Origin: Eledone cirrhosa
Taxonomy: Eukaryota
Direction: 5' to 3'
DNA length: 64,000 nt
Assembly: GCA_964016885.1 (NCBI GenBank)
Contig: OZ024747.1
Coordinates: forward strand, 19,840,001 to 19,904,000
A program made the position numbers and the translations under genes. The notes beneath the pieces were generated by a model, which saw only the letters and a list, made by a program, of their open reading frames with translations, did no database searches and was not told the DNA's origin. Within the stretch, counting starts at the first letter, position 1, and each line of letters opens with the position of its first letter. This document shows positions 29,146 through 47,526 of the stretch, piece by piece.

Positions 29146-30764
29146 TTTATCTATCTATCTATTTTCTATCCATCTATCTACGCATTTATCTTTCTCTCAA
29201 TATCTATCTTTTTCTTCATCTATCTTTCTATTTACCCATCTATCTGTTGACCTATCTATCTTGCTATTTTCAGAGTTTCTCCTTCACAATCAACATTATC
29301 TACCTCAAAATTGACAACTTCGATCTTAAATCCGTCATTCTCAACCTCAATCTTTCAATCCTTTCTGTGAATTGCGGTCTCTTCAGTCTCGGTAACGTCA
29401 TCATCAATTTTAATTTCGTCACAATTGTGTAATAAGGTTCAGTCCACATCGTCCCTAATATTAGACACAGGATATACAATTTATCACCATGTGAGGAAAT
29501 ATTTGACAATGCAGCCCCGGAGATCATTTGCTGTATGCGCTTCAAAGTTTCGATTTCGAGTCCTCCCAACGTCTATTTTGCATTTATATCTTTATGTCAA
29601 TATAATAAAGTTATAGTAAATAGGCCACTCGTCAGACTGTGCTGATGTTAACTAAAATAGCACTGATCATTATACTGTTGATAATAGACTTCGGTTGTGA
29701 TCCGGGCAGACGAAACACATTTTAATGCTGTGACAGTTGACGAGATTGGAACTCGGAGGCAATATCCTTATTCAGATACTGAAAGCAAATAATCATACCC
29801 TTTAACAATTCCACAAATCCATCACGCCTTGATTGGAAATTTTAGCAATAAAACAAAGTAAAAGTCAAGAACTGGAGTTCATACAATCGACTTTACCCTT
29901 CCCCAACAAGTTGCTGACATTGTGACTAAATGAGAAATCATTGGTACCTAAGTAATAAGAGAAATATTTAGTAATATTAAACTAATCGTAGTAGTAGTAG
30001 TAGTAGTAGTAGAAGTAGTAGTAGTAGTAGTAGTAGTTGTTGTCTTATTAGGATTGCTTTGTATTCTTTTAGGTTTTGTCCAATTTCCTGAGAATTAATT
30101 CATGTCGAAATACTAATGAATTTTTGTTGAGGTTCCTCAGATATTTAACAATGTAAAGACATATACATGATTTTCTGAAGTTTTTATTAAACTAATTTAA
30201 TTTGGATGTGACACAGTAGTTAAATTTAGAGGTAAAATATCAGTTAAATGAGACTTAGCGTCACTATATTATCGTTCTTTATTGTCAACGAAATTTATTG
30301 GACAATGGCATTTTGCTTGACAAATAAAATGTGTGGCTATTTTTCATTATTGCAATGAAGGAATATGATTTGAAAGTATCTTTGATGCTATTTACCTTGA
30401 TCTTTGTATTCTAATAAAGAATTCTGTACACGCGAGTCTTTGATGTACAAAAGATAAACAATACAGGAGACATTGCTTACAGTGAGTGAAGTAAATTTAA
30501 TGTTGGATGTATTTTGAGTGGTGAACAAATTCGTACTGTACATAGTTATGTCGTCATTTTGGTTTCAGTTCCGACCTCACTAAAATGAGTACTATTTGCT
30601 GAATCCACTGAATCAAGAGATCAACAGACATGCCTAGCTGTATTTAATTCAGGTACGTTTCGTTCTCATTTCAAATTCCCGCGATACTATATTTATCTAT
30701 TAGCTTCACCAAAAAATTCATGTTTGTGCCGATGTTAGAAATATATTTATTATTACACATAAAA

Positions 30765-30985
30765 AAGGGCGGTGGATTGGCAGTATCGGTAGATGGTCGG
30801 ACGCCATGCTTTGCAGCATAGAGTTACGGCCCTTTATGATCTGAGTTCAAATCCCGCCAAGGTTAACTATGCCTTTCATCCTTACGGGGCCGATAAAATA
30901 AAGTAGCAGTCACGCACTGGGGTCAATTTAATCGACTTTCCCCTCCCCCAAAATTGCTGGCTTTGTGCCTATATAAGAAACCATC
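30765..30985 (+). mobile_element. tRNA-derived SINE with TSD
   Basis: Same family as 22233. attacacata is duplicated at 30752 and 30986. Confidence 0.85.
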
Positions 30986-31000
30986 ATTACACATACAAAT

Positions 31001-31389
31001 GAGAAAACTGATCGCTAGAACAGCCGTTAAAACAGCTAAATACTGTGAAAGACAGTACTGGGCAAATGTACATTGGAGTACTGAGACCAGTAGCCAGTAG
31101 TCAATAGGGAGACAATCCACAAGCTGGGTGATAGGCAGATAAAATATAGAAAAGATAGAAACAGGAGGGGGACAAAGGGAAGTGCGCTGGTGCACAGAAG
31201 TGACTGGAAAAAAGAAAAAAGAAGGGTGATGTCCAAGATACTTTTACACACACACATGTTCACCTTCATCAGTTTGTGGATTGTGTCTCTGTTGACCACT
31301 GGCCACTGGTCTCTGTGGCATTTTTCACCCATTGCTGTCTTTGACAGCATTTAGCTGTTTTAAAGGCTATTCTAGCGATGAGTTTTCTT
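31001..31389. repeat. Element with imperfect ~65-bp terminal inverted repeats
   Basis: gaaaactgatcgctagaacagccgttaaaacagctaaat... versus ...atttagctgttttaaaggctattctagcgatgagttttc. Confidence 0.7.
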
Positions 31390-32297
31390 AATCATTTCAC
31401 TGATTAAGAACACTACACATTCTCTCACATACACATTCACACACACACACACACACTCAGACACAAAGACACACACATATATATATATATTTATATTGTC
31501 GAATGAGGTGTAACTGGACATGCACATCTAGATATACCCTGTACAAAACAATTATTCCAAAAGGAGATCAAATTCTTTGGGGGATGAAAGGCTAAAAAGC
31601 CCTTATTACAGGACTGATAGCTCTGTTTATACACATATAGTAGCATGGTTATCATGACAGTAAATGGCGGGATTTATTTCAAGGACAAACACCACGAAAT
31701 TCATTAAGTGTGTATCCATTATCAGCTTAACAAACTCCTATAATCCTGAAGATTAAAATAGTAAATACCACTTGACACGCTGGGAAATAAAGGATGTTAG
31801 TACACTATAGCAAAATAACAAAAAACATCATTTATTTATGTATTGTGTGGTTTTCAAGCATAGTAAAATGTCAAGCTTAAAATATGCTTCACCTGGCATA
31901 TTTATGAACAGAGACTTTTCTATTTCTATAAGATTATTTCAGCGTCGTAATAAAACTAGTAACAAAATACGATGTCCCTTTTATAAACAGAGAGAAAACG
32001 AGAGAGAGAGAACAAGTCAGTCAAAGAATGGCAATTACGCCAGGGGAAATATGTATATACATGCATACACCCCCACTCACTCCATATATATGTATATATA
32101 TATAAAATAAACAACACAGTATAATTAACTCATAGTATAATTACCATATAATTACGAATGCGGACGTCTCTTGTGTTCGTCCTGTTCGGGAAATGAGGTA
32201 ATTATACTGTGTTGTTTATTATACATTAAATATTTAGCTCTGTAACTTACATAGAGCACTCTTCATTCCTTTTACTTTTTCCACGGAAACTTCACCA

Positions 32298-32381
<84 letters not shown>

Positions 32382-32385
<4 letters not shown>

Positions 32386-32755
32386 TAAATTTAGTCCTTC
32401 ATCAGTGATCTTCCAACCTTCATTGGTATTTCATCGCTTTAAAGACCATATACCTCTGGTTGGTGCGAGCAACGGCTAAAGAAAGTCGTTGGGACACGTA
32501 AATAAGGGGAACGAGCGAGACTGTAAACAATCAAAGATGGTAATGCAACGAAAAGTGTGGAAGAAGGAGTCAGGTCCCAGAATTCTATGAATATAAGTTC
32601 TGTGAAATCGTGGACGAGAGAGAATAAAGACCATCAAACCTAGTCGAAATATGAGCAAGGAAAGAATTTCGCACAGGTCAAACGGGAGGATGAAGGAGTC
32701 GAGTCCTTGAATTCGGTGAACATAAGTTCTGTGAAATCGTAGACAAGAGAGAAAA
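32382..32755 (-). repeat. Dispersed repeat ending in CTGATGAaggac next to (TA)n; second copy 11417-11672, distant relative 2560-3140
   Basis: Direct sequence similarity, with the same junction to (TA)n in both close copies. Confidence 0.8.
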
Positions 32756-32959
32756 TATATACATATATATTTAATTATATATATATATTTCGTTTCTGAA
32801 TTTGTTTAGCAAGATTCTTTATCTGAAATCGTGTGTTGAAACCGATATTGTTATACTTTGGGAGGGTCATGTTGCCAATAAGAAACACACGCACCAGATG
32901 CTTTCACTTCAATTTATTATAATAAATTTATAATAAATTTATAAATTTATAAATTTCTG

Positions 32960-35220
32960 GTTGGTTGGTTGGTTCCACAACCAGATAGTTGTTTATATAT
33001 TGTCATAGTTCTTTCGTCACACACTCTGTGACCTCTTCAGTGACTGGGGATTCCTTTCTTTGTTTCTGTGCCTCTCCTTTGTTCTGTCCTACGCCATTTT
33101 GTTTCTGTGTGTGTGTTGTGTGCTCAGTCTGCGCATGCGCCACATCCGGGTGTCTGTGTGTGTTTATGTTCATTTATTTATTTGTTTATTTACATGTTAC
33201 TGGTTGGTTCTTTGTTCTGTGTGTGTGTGTTTTCATTCTGTCCTTAATTGTAAGTTGTGATGTTGCTGTTCCACTCATATTTTCTATTTAATTTTGGTTG
33301 TAATTCTTTTATGTTTATTGCCTCTGTAATTTGTCTAAACATTGCGTCTTTTCTGTGTGTAGATTCTATTTTTATTTCTATGTTCTCTAATTTACCCTTG
33401 TGTTCTATCTTAGCATGTTGGTAGAGTACAGATGATTCTTTACTATCTTGAAGGTCTCGCCAGTGTTCATTTATCCGTTCTCCTACACTACGAGCTGTCT
33501 CACCTATGTACACTATATTTTTGTCTCTACATTGTCCTTCAGTACATCTTATGCTATACACTACATTTCTAGTTTTGCAGTTAATATGGGGGCTTATTTT
33601 ACAGGTTATACATTTTTTATCTATACATGAGGGTCTTTGAAAAGGGTATGTCTTGCTAATAAGTGTTTTTACGGAGGTACCTGGTCTTTCTACTATCTTT
33701 AATATTGAGTTTATGTTTGTTTAGCGCCCTTCTAAATTTGTAAGCTAATTCCCCTCTAGGGGTTGTATCGATGAACATTACACTCTGGTATTTATTGCTA
33801 TCATACCATGAGTTTATTCTATTAGCCATGTTCCTAGTTCTTTCTATTCTATTCCAAAATTTGCTCCTATACAAGGGGCAGGTCCCATTTATGTCATTAT
33901 TTACCATTTTTTCCCATTTGGTTCTGGCTCCTCTATACACTCTGATTTTATCTCTCTGATTGTAGCCAGAGAACTGCATACGGTGGATGAAGTGTTGTAT
34001 GTGTCTCTCTAGTTCTTCGGGGTTGCACATGCGGGACACGTTTCTCATCACCCGTACCAAATCCGCAATCAGTATGTTGATTTTGGTATGGTCCGAAACG
34101 GCCGAGTTTCGGTGGATCAGATGTTTGGAAGTCATGGGTTTGGCATAATGGGAATCGAGGATTTGTTTTTTGTTGTTAATGGTATCTAACCAGAGCTCTG
34201 TGTCTAGTACAGGTAATCGATGGTTGGGGTGTTTACTTGGGTAGTCTATAGTAACTCTAATGCTCTGGTGGATGGAGTTTGCTATTTGCTGGATGCTTTC
34301 CATTGTGTTTTTCTCTAGTTCCTGACTGTTCTCTAGAGGGGGTGTCTTAACTACGATGTTTATATCATCAACGTAGCGGGAGTACATTATCAGGGTTAAG
34401 GGGGCTTCTAATTGTTCTTTAAGTTTAAGTTTAAGTCTACTGTCCCACCATACCATGAATAAGTTAGCTATGTCGCCTGCAATGCTAACACCAATGGCTG
34501 CTCCTTCCTCTTGGGCATATGTTTTTCCATTAAATTTGAACATATGTTCCTTAAGGGTTAGGTTTATGCTAGCCCCTACCGCATGTGCAATCATTTTCTT
34601 CAGTTCATCGTGGTTTTCGGGTGTCCGTATGGCTCTGGTCCACCCGTTCCATCTATCTGTGTGGGTTTTCTTGGCTATTGAGGTAATGGTAGGTGGTCTG
34701 ACCCTTGCTCGTCTTGTAGGGCACAGGTTGCTAATGTCATATGTGTCTAGGTAATTATTACTATAGGTAAGTTTAAGTAGGAGTCCCAGCTCACTGGTAT
34801 CAATCCCACGGGACTCAACATTGCTCTCACTGATCATTTCTACGCATTTCTCCACAACAAAATCCAGGTCAATAGATGGATACAGGTACACAACATCCAT
34901 ACTACCTATTATGCAGTTTGTTAGGTCCCTAGATCGGTTACTCACGCCGATTCTGCTGAGGAGGTCCTCCGTGTTGTCACATACATCTAGGGACATTTCA
35001 ATTATGGGGCGTATGATCAGGGAGAGGAAGTAGGACAGTCTGTAGTTACTAGCAATGTTAGCTCCACAGAGTGGCCGTGTTGGTGGTCCCGTGACAGGGT
35101 CACTGCCCGTTTTATGGTCTTTTCGAAGCCCATACAACGCCGGCACGTCATTGTTCCAGGCCTGGAAGTTGTTCGCAGTCCTTTTGTTGGGCTGCATTAT
35201 ATTCGTCCACATCACCATAT
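32960..35220 (-). mobile_element. 5'-truncated Nematis-like PLE: RT (33700-35218), Cys linker and GIY-YIG (33244-33697), one +1 frameshift near 33698
   Basis: LYGLRKDHK, PPTRP, GSMDV..LYPSID, QEEGAAIG, RYVDD, LPVLD, YAKPM, SGY. The shifted frame reads IVERPG...CIDKKCITC...CKTRNVVYSIRC...YIGETAR...RQITEA..I...LNRK.EW. Confidence 0.9.
33002..33044 (-). ncRNA. Minimal hammerhead in the Nematis-like PLE 3' UTR
   Basis: gtca-CTGAAGA-g-gtcaca-gagtg-tgtgac-GAAA-gaac-TA-tgac. Confidence 0.85.
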
Positions 35221-37797
<2,577 letters not shown>

Positions 37798-37798
37798 G

Positions 37799-38386
<588 letters not shown>

Positions 38387-38391
38387 TTTAT

Positions 38392-38449
<58 letters not shown>

Positions 38450-39008
38450 CATGGTCGGGTCGTTGGCGACTAAACTGGCAACCCCCACCAAGGTTTCTTG
38501 GTGAGGAGGGTGACTTTGGACATCCTGCAGGACTAAAAACAAAACCTGTCAAAGGGCAAGGGAGCTCTTAAGAGTCAATAGCCATCCAAAATCACCGGGA
38601 GAGATGACCCCTTAGCCTTTGTCAAGGCAGAATTCTAGGAGAAGGAAAACTCTGATATAACACCTGCAACCCTGATGGTATCCAATGATGTTGACTTGTT
38701 CTTCTTTTTGGTAAATATCATCTTGGTTAAGAGAGTGGGACTGGCTTTGTGCAGTGCCTTTGCTCACTATAAAAGCTTCACGGCACAGGCATTGCTTTAT
38801 ATCTGGAGATCTCTCTGCACTTGTCATCACATGGTACCATGGGCCCTGCACTATGTGTCAATAATGGTCACAAGTGTAGCCTTTGTACCAGAGTTTTCAA
38901 GTCGCTGGCTGGACTAAAAAGTCGCATTCATTCAGCGCATCGGTAGGGGTTCTCCTACATGGATATAAAGTAGTGGCCGTACTCGAAAACGAGTTGGCAG
39001 CCACCATA
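38450..39008 (+). mobile_element. Non-autonomous RTE-derived element, copy 1
   Basis: RTE-like 5' UTR motifs (ggcaacc, ggagaaggaaaactctg) joined to a C2H2-coding 3' end and a short UTR. Confidence 0.7.
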
Positions 39009-39010
39009 TG

Positions 39011-39355
<345 letters not shown>

Positions 39356-39401
39356 CTGTTATATATATATATATACATATATATATATGTATATATATAT
39401 G

Positions 39402-40289
<888 letters not shown>

Positions 40290-40333
40290 TACATATATAT
40301 ATATACATATATATATATATGTATATATATATG

Positions 40334-40369
<36 letters not shown>

Positions 40370-40373
40370 TATA

Positions 40374-40420
<47 letters not shown>

Positions 40421-40437
40421 GTGTATATATATTTATA

Positions 40438-41050
40438 TGTGTCAGGTCACCAGTTGGTGCTACTGGTAACATGTATCCCAGTACAACCTGTCTCATGGTC
40501 GGGTCGTTGGCGACTAAACTGGCAACCCCACCAAGGTTTCTTGGTGAGGAGGGTGATTTTGGACATCCTGCAGGACTAAAAACAAAACCTGTCAAAGGGC
40601 TAAGGAGCTCTTAAGAGTCAATGGCCATCCAAAATCACCGGGAGAGATGACCCCTTAGCCTTTGTCAAGGCAGAATTCTAGGAGAAGGAAAACTCTGATA
40701 TAACACCTGCAACCCTGATGGTATCCAATGATGTTGACTTGTTCTTCTTTTTGGTAAATATCATCTTGGTTAAGAGAGTGGTACTGGCTTTGTGCAGTGC
40801 CTTTGCTCACTATAAAAGCTTCACGGCACAGGCATTGCTTTATATCTGGAGATCTCTCTGCACTTGTCCTCACATGGTACCATGGGCCCAGCACTATGTG
40901 TCAATAATTGTCACAAGTGTAGTGTTTGTACCAGAGTTTTCAAGTCGCTGGCTGGACTAAAACGTCACACTCGTTCAGCGCATTGGTAGGAGTTCTCCTA
41001 CATGGATATAAAGTAGTGGCCGTAGTCGAAAACGAGTTGGCAGCCACCAT
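40438..41050 (+). mobile_element. Non-autonomous RTE-derived element, copy 2 (longest 5' end)
   Basis: Highly similar to copy 1, with ~55 extra structured 5' nt. Confidence 0.7.
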
Positions 41051-41059
41051 ATATATATG

Positions 41060-41124
<65 letters not shown>

Positions 41125-41141
41125 GTATATATATATATATG

Positions 41142-41225
<84 letters not shown>

Positions 41226-41334
41226 TATATCTATATATATATATGTATATATATATGTATATATATGTATATATATATGTATATATATGTATATATATAT
41301 GTATATATATGTATATATATATGTATATATATGT

Positions 41335-41930
41335 AAAAACAAATAACAAATAACGTACCGGTTCAACGGAGACGATAAAAACAAATAACGAAACGAAATT
41401 AAATTTCGTTTCGTTTGTAACTCACTTTTGTATGACTGACGCTTAAACAATTAAGTTAAAAATGTACATCCACATATGTATACTGAAATACTAGTATGCA
41501 TATGAATACACACACGTATACATATGTAGATGTACCGAGTTTTTCACTGGTCACTTTACTGTGAGTGTCCAGCTATTCTGTATGTAAACACACAGACAAA
41601 CCGGTTTTTAGAGTCATACTGGTTTTTGAGGAAACACCTTTCCTCTATTCTCCAGAAAGCCAGACAAGGAATATTGAACTAGTTTCGCTGTTGTTACAAC
41701 TCATCAGCAATATTTACCTATCTTCCGGCCTTTCTAGAGAATCGTAAAAGCACATATCGTTATATGCTTTTTCTATGAAAATTAGTAGTGGGCAGACTAA
41801 TTTGCATAGAACGTGAGTACGTACCGGTTCAACGGAGACGATAAAAACAAATAACGAAACGAAATTAAATTTCGTTTCGTTTGTAACTCACTTTTGTATG
41901 ACTGACGCTGAAACAATTAAGTTAAACATG
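41335..41930 (-). mobile_element. Partial-tandem non-coding element (466-bp period) containing an intact hammerhead
   Basis: ~108-bp direct repeats at 41353 and 41819, each with hairpin aacgaaacgaaatt-aaatttcgtttcgtt. Confidence 0.7.
41670..41714 (-). ncRNA. Type I hammerhead ribozyme, intact core
   Basis: aatattg-CTGATGA-gttgt-aaca-acagc-GAAA-ctag-TT-caatatt. Confidence 0.88.
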
Positions 41931-42099
41931 TATATATATATATATACATACTACTGTACGTCTGTATACATATATGTATGTACATATATGTATGTACATA
42001 TATGTATGTACATATATGTATGTACATATATGTATGTACATATATGTTTACAGACATATATGTATACACACATGTCTGTATACATATATGTATGTACAT

Positions 42100-42846
42100 A
42101 ATTGCTTCCACATCATTCATTCTCATCTCCGGAATAATTTTGAATAGCGCCAGTTCGTAAATCGAACTCGGTAATTTTATATTCTCCGAGTGAAAAGAAC
42201 CTTCTGACGAGAGTTTATCTTTTCAATGGAAGGGCGCAAGTACTGTCCATTTATTTTTGAAACGCTAAACCGATTCGGTAAAGGTAACCATAGTGAGTAC
42301 AGTGAACTTTTTTAAATTTATTTTGAAACTTTTTCTTATTTGGTAAACCTTGATTATATATGTTCTGACTCGTTAATTTATTAATCTGCCATTGAACCAC
42401 ATTGGCATATGGTTGGAGAATACATGTGTCCCTGAACGCTTTTTGCGTGTAGGGATATATACGTTATTATTATTTTCCTCCTCTTGGTCGAGAAAACATT
42501 TGGTCGTTTTGACTGCTGCTATTTATAGTGGTAGTAGACTGACCTCCCTGCCTCTGCCTCTATCTTTACACACGGCACTGGACGGAATTGCTTCCACATT
42601 ATTCATTCTTATCTCGGGAAAAATTTTGTATAGCGCCAGTTCGTAATTTGAACTCGGGAATTTTATATTTTCCGAGTGAAAAGAACCTTCTGAAGAGAGT
42701 TTATCTTTTCAATGGAAGGCCGCAAGGACTGTCCATTTATTTTTGAGACTCGAAACCGATTCGGTAAAAGTAACAATAGTGAGTACAGTGAATTTTTTGA
42801 AATTTATTTTGAAACTTTTTCTTATTTGCTAAACCTTGATTGATTA
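42100..42846 (+). mobile_element. Two diverged ~255-bp direct repeats (486-bp period), each with a long-stem-II hammerhead (42199-42285, 42685-42771)
   Basis: acctt-CTGA(C/A)GA-gagttt..aatgga..tccatt..actc-GAAA-ccgattcgg-TA-aa(g/a)gt. Copy 1 has TAAA in place of GAAA. Confidence 0.8.
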
Positions 42847-42928
42847 TATTTATATATATATAAATATTTATTAAAATAACAGATTAAAATTTAAGCAAAG
42901 AATCGCTGCTTTCACCCTTAACGGGATC

Positions 42929-43004
<76 letters not shown>

Positions 43005-43011
<7 letters not shown>

Positions 43012-43500
43012 AGAGAATCGAGGTGTAACACACGAGTTGTGATATATTAGTAAATGGAAAAGAAAATGCTGTCAAATTTTTCCCAGTGAAAAATAGTTTA
43101 ATTAGGAATAAGTATAAATTAGTAATAAGTATTTGTTAGTATTCAGTTTTAGTTTTAAGTTTATACCGGTTGCGCATTTCTAATGCTTTTCAAAAATAAT
43201 TTTGAGATAGAGCGCCCGTGATGTTTGCTCTAATCTGATCAGTTTTGGAAATTCTTCCTGTTTTATGTGAAAAAAGTGGCTCCAGAGGTATTAAGATTTG
43301 GTTGATTGCTGAATTTCACGTGAATGAGTATTATAAATTTCGCGCCAATTCGTGTTGCAAAAATTCTTGTAGTCAAAACAATTTTGATTGGCCGGTAGAG
43401 GTCACGTGAATGTTAAAAATTGATTTTGCGCAAAATGTAGGTTTGTCGAAGAGTGTCCTTTTTCGCCTGATTGAGAAGTCACTGAAAAATAAGTCTTTTA
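43005..43500 (-). repeat. Single-arm, longer member of the 17.1-17.5 kb family with the same hammerhead-like motif (43160-43197)
   Basis: High similarity to 17103-17340. Confidence 0.75.
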
Positions 43501-44754
43501 AGACAAGTATATGTGTGTGGTGTGGTGTGGTGTGGTGGTGGTGGTGGTGGTGGTGTGTGTGTGTGTGTAGTAAAGAGGTTCATTGTTTGACTACGTGGCA
43601 AACAATCTATATTTATTGGTACATGACATTATCCTCATGCTTAGTAGATGCCCTAACTGCAGCATTCCCATGTGGTTGAGTATTTAGATATTTAGGATTT
43701 AATGAAAACATTTTATAATTTATCTATTCTTTGAGACTTCAGTAAATATATCCGAACTGAAAATCAGACACACATTATCTGAGTATGTGTCATATAGATT
43801 CTAGTCTCTAGTTCTGTTTTGACCTTATTTCTGATATATTTGTTGTTTGCATGTGAAATTCGGTGGTTACCTTCACTATCCTAATATTTAATTCGTTGTC
43901 TAAATACCGACGATGTCATGGTAGACCACAAATCCGCAAAAATATAAATGCTAAATGTTTATCTACCCAAGGTGTTGCAATCCATGTGAATTTATATCTA
44001 ATTTCTCTGTGCTCTTTCTAGTCAAAATATTTTGTATGCTACGACATGTTTGTCAATCATTTCATGTCAGTTTAATTTACTAGAAAAACTCTAATAATGG
44101 ATTTTTAAACCTTGGTCTTTGCCGTTAATAATGTGAATTTCAACATGAACCAATCTGTAGCGCAATGGAGAAGGATAACACCAGCTATTTCTTTGAATAC
44201 ACACTGCAAGACAGGTTTTCTAAACACTTAAATAGAAGACGGTAAAATAAATTTCTTTTAAAGCTGACTAAAGCTTTTACATTTTAGTTAGCACTGTTGC
44301 CTTGAAAATATTATTTTTATAAAATCCAATGTTGTCTTTCTTACGTTTTGCAATCAACGAGCTGAAGTTCATTTAGATAAGGCAGAGCAAGACTCTTGCA
44401 TGGTTTGAAAACATCTGCCGGAATATTGATATTAATTTCATTTATTTCGGACGATTTAATGAGGGTTGGTTAGTTCATGTTGTATAACTTTGCTGTCAGA
44501 CACTGGATGATCCACTGGATCAAACAAGGATCGGGAGTGAGGGTGCATGTACGTATGCGCCTTTTAATCACTATAAGGACTCTTAAAATACTTCGTGAAA
44601 TCATTGTACATGTTAAAATATATACTTAATTCTGAGGGTTGTCTGTAATACTTTTCGAAATGCACTCTCTCTCTCTCTTAACCCCACATACCCATATATA
44701 TGCATATCTACATAAATATACTTATATTTAAATATATATAAATTTAAATATAAG

Positions 44755-44788
<34 letters not shown>

Positions 44789-45269
44789 ATTATATATATA
44801 TATTATATATATGTATTATATATATATATATATATGGGGTCAGGTGTGTATATATGTATTTCTATTAAATATAACATCTCGTGTTTTCGAAATCAATTTG
44901 TTTTATCATTGCTTGTTATATATTGTAATTTCCCACCAACACATTGCCAAAACAAAAATACAAAATGTAGAAACAATGCATACTGACAGTTACAGCTGAG
45001 AGATTGTTGTTCTTGGTGTAGTTGTATTTATTAGTAGTTTTGGTTATGTTTTCAATACTGATGAAGCCTGACTTGCAAAAAACAAATACAAAACCAAAAA
45101 TCTTTAGTACAATTCATTACAAGAAAGAAACTAAAAAACAAAACACAATGACTTCTGAAATGCAAAGTAAATATTTCATTTATGCAAAGAAATAATACGG
45201 TTACGTAAATAAGGGGATATAAATCTAATGACGAAAAGCAACAAGCATATAGTAGACGGTATTAAAGAT

Positions 45270-45304
<35 letters not shown>

Positions 45305-45350
45305 CACACACATATATATATATATGTAAATATACAGACATACACGGTTT

Positions 45351-45440
<90 letters not shown>

Positions 45441-45460
45441 CATACATATATCTATATATG

Positions 45461-45499
<39 letters not shown>

Positions 45500-45650
45500 T
45501 TATAAATATATATATATATATATATTTCTAAATATATATATATGTATAAGTATACATATATATGTATAAATATATATGTATAAATATATATATATATGTA
45601 TAAATATATATATATATGTATAAATATATATATGTATAAATATATATATG

Positions 45651-45718
<68 letters not shown>

Positions 45719-45824
45719 CGTGTATATATGTATATATATATATATGTGTGTGTATATGCATATATATATATGTGTGTGTGTATATATGTATATAAACATA
45801 CATATATATATATATATATATATA

Positions 45825-45932
<108 letters not shown>

Positions 45933-45954
45933 TACACACACATACACACACACA

Positions 45955-46007
<53 letters not shown>

Positions 46008-46859
46008 TTTTAATACAAACGTTTGTGCGTATATTTTGTCATGAATTCATAGAATGTCATCCATTCATTCAACCGAAAGGAGGAAAAGAATGTCTTACCT
46101 AGTAGAACAAAGGAATGAAACTCATTTATGAAAGAATGATCAATATTTTTTTATCTTCAATTTACATTTCAAAAATATCAATAATCAATATGTTCATATA
46201 TTTACAAAAACTTTGCTGTTGACTTTTTTTGTTGGTGTTGATGTGTTGTTGTTTGGCGCTGTGATATCATTTTTTTAATCTTATTCTTAATCTGATACTT
46301 CTTTGAAGAATATTCATGAAAAAAATATTGATAAAGATTAAAATAATATGAATATATAATCCTCTTCATAATAATTAGATATGTTGATAAATATAAATAA
46401 TATAAACACAAAAAGTAATGAAGAAAAACTGTTTGTTACATTATTGTTGCGTTATTTATGTAAGTAACAGCTATGTGTTTTTGAATAAAACAATCACATA
46501 TACACACAAACACGCATATATATATAAGCAAACACATAAATACATACATGTTCAGAGACACCCTCTAACTTATATGAGCACATATATCAACGAATATGCA
46601 CATGAAATCTAAACATAGATGTCTATGGGTACATTTAAACAACTTAAATACTGCCTCTCTTTCTCTCTCACACAAAAACATACGTACACACACACACACT
46701 ACACACTCACACAGACAGGCGTACATACACACAAACATATACATATATATATATATATTATAAGAATAGATTTAAGTTTAAGCAAAAAATCGTTGCTTTC
46801 ACCCTTAACGGGATCTTCTGAAACTAAGAAAAATCAATCTGTAGATGTAGAACTAAATA

Positions 46860-46919
<60 letters not shown>

Positions 46920-47458
46920 ATACATTAACAGGGAAAGCTTTAAGCAATACTCCGATCGGCTTCCGTCTCACTCAACAAACATTAGGATATACCTTAGTAT
47001 AATCCCAATTATACGTTTGGGGTGCTAACTATACGTATTTTGCGGATAGCCAGTTGTATTATTTTATATGAGACATAATTAAAATACATCACTCTTTCCA
47101 AACGATCGTTTCATTATAAGTTTTCTACAAATTGGGGAAATAATGTCCAGGTTATGTAGAAGCCTACACATAGTCCGTAGGAATATATGTAGGTGGGCAC
47201 TTATAAATCATCAGTGGATGCCCGACAAATATCTATATAAAAAACACCTTACTGATATTAATGTTCAGCTATCGTACCCCTCCGTGCTAGAATGAGCGCC
47301 AAATCTGAATTTCCAGCAGTCTCACAATGAGAAATCTCACACTGCCATCAAGCGCGCGCGCTACACACACACACACATACATACATACATACATACATAC
47401 ATACATACATACATACATACATACATACGTACGTACGTACGTACGCGTGTGTGTGTGT

Positions 47459-47526
<68 letters not shown>

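Noticed and set aside
32105-32220. 28-bp inverted repeat around a short GC-richer core
   Set aside because: Real but unassignable. No ribozyme core or TSD seen.
35114-35220. N-terminal ~36 aa of the 486-aa ORF
   Set aside because: Antisense read-through of the neighbouring Nematis-like element, not part of the Hydra-like protein.
45050-45110. CTGATGA-agcc
   Set aside because: No closing stem II or GAAA.
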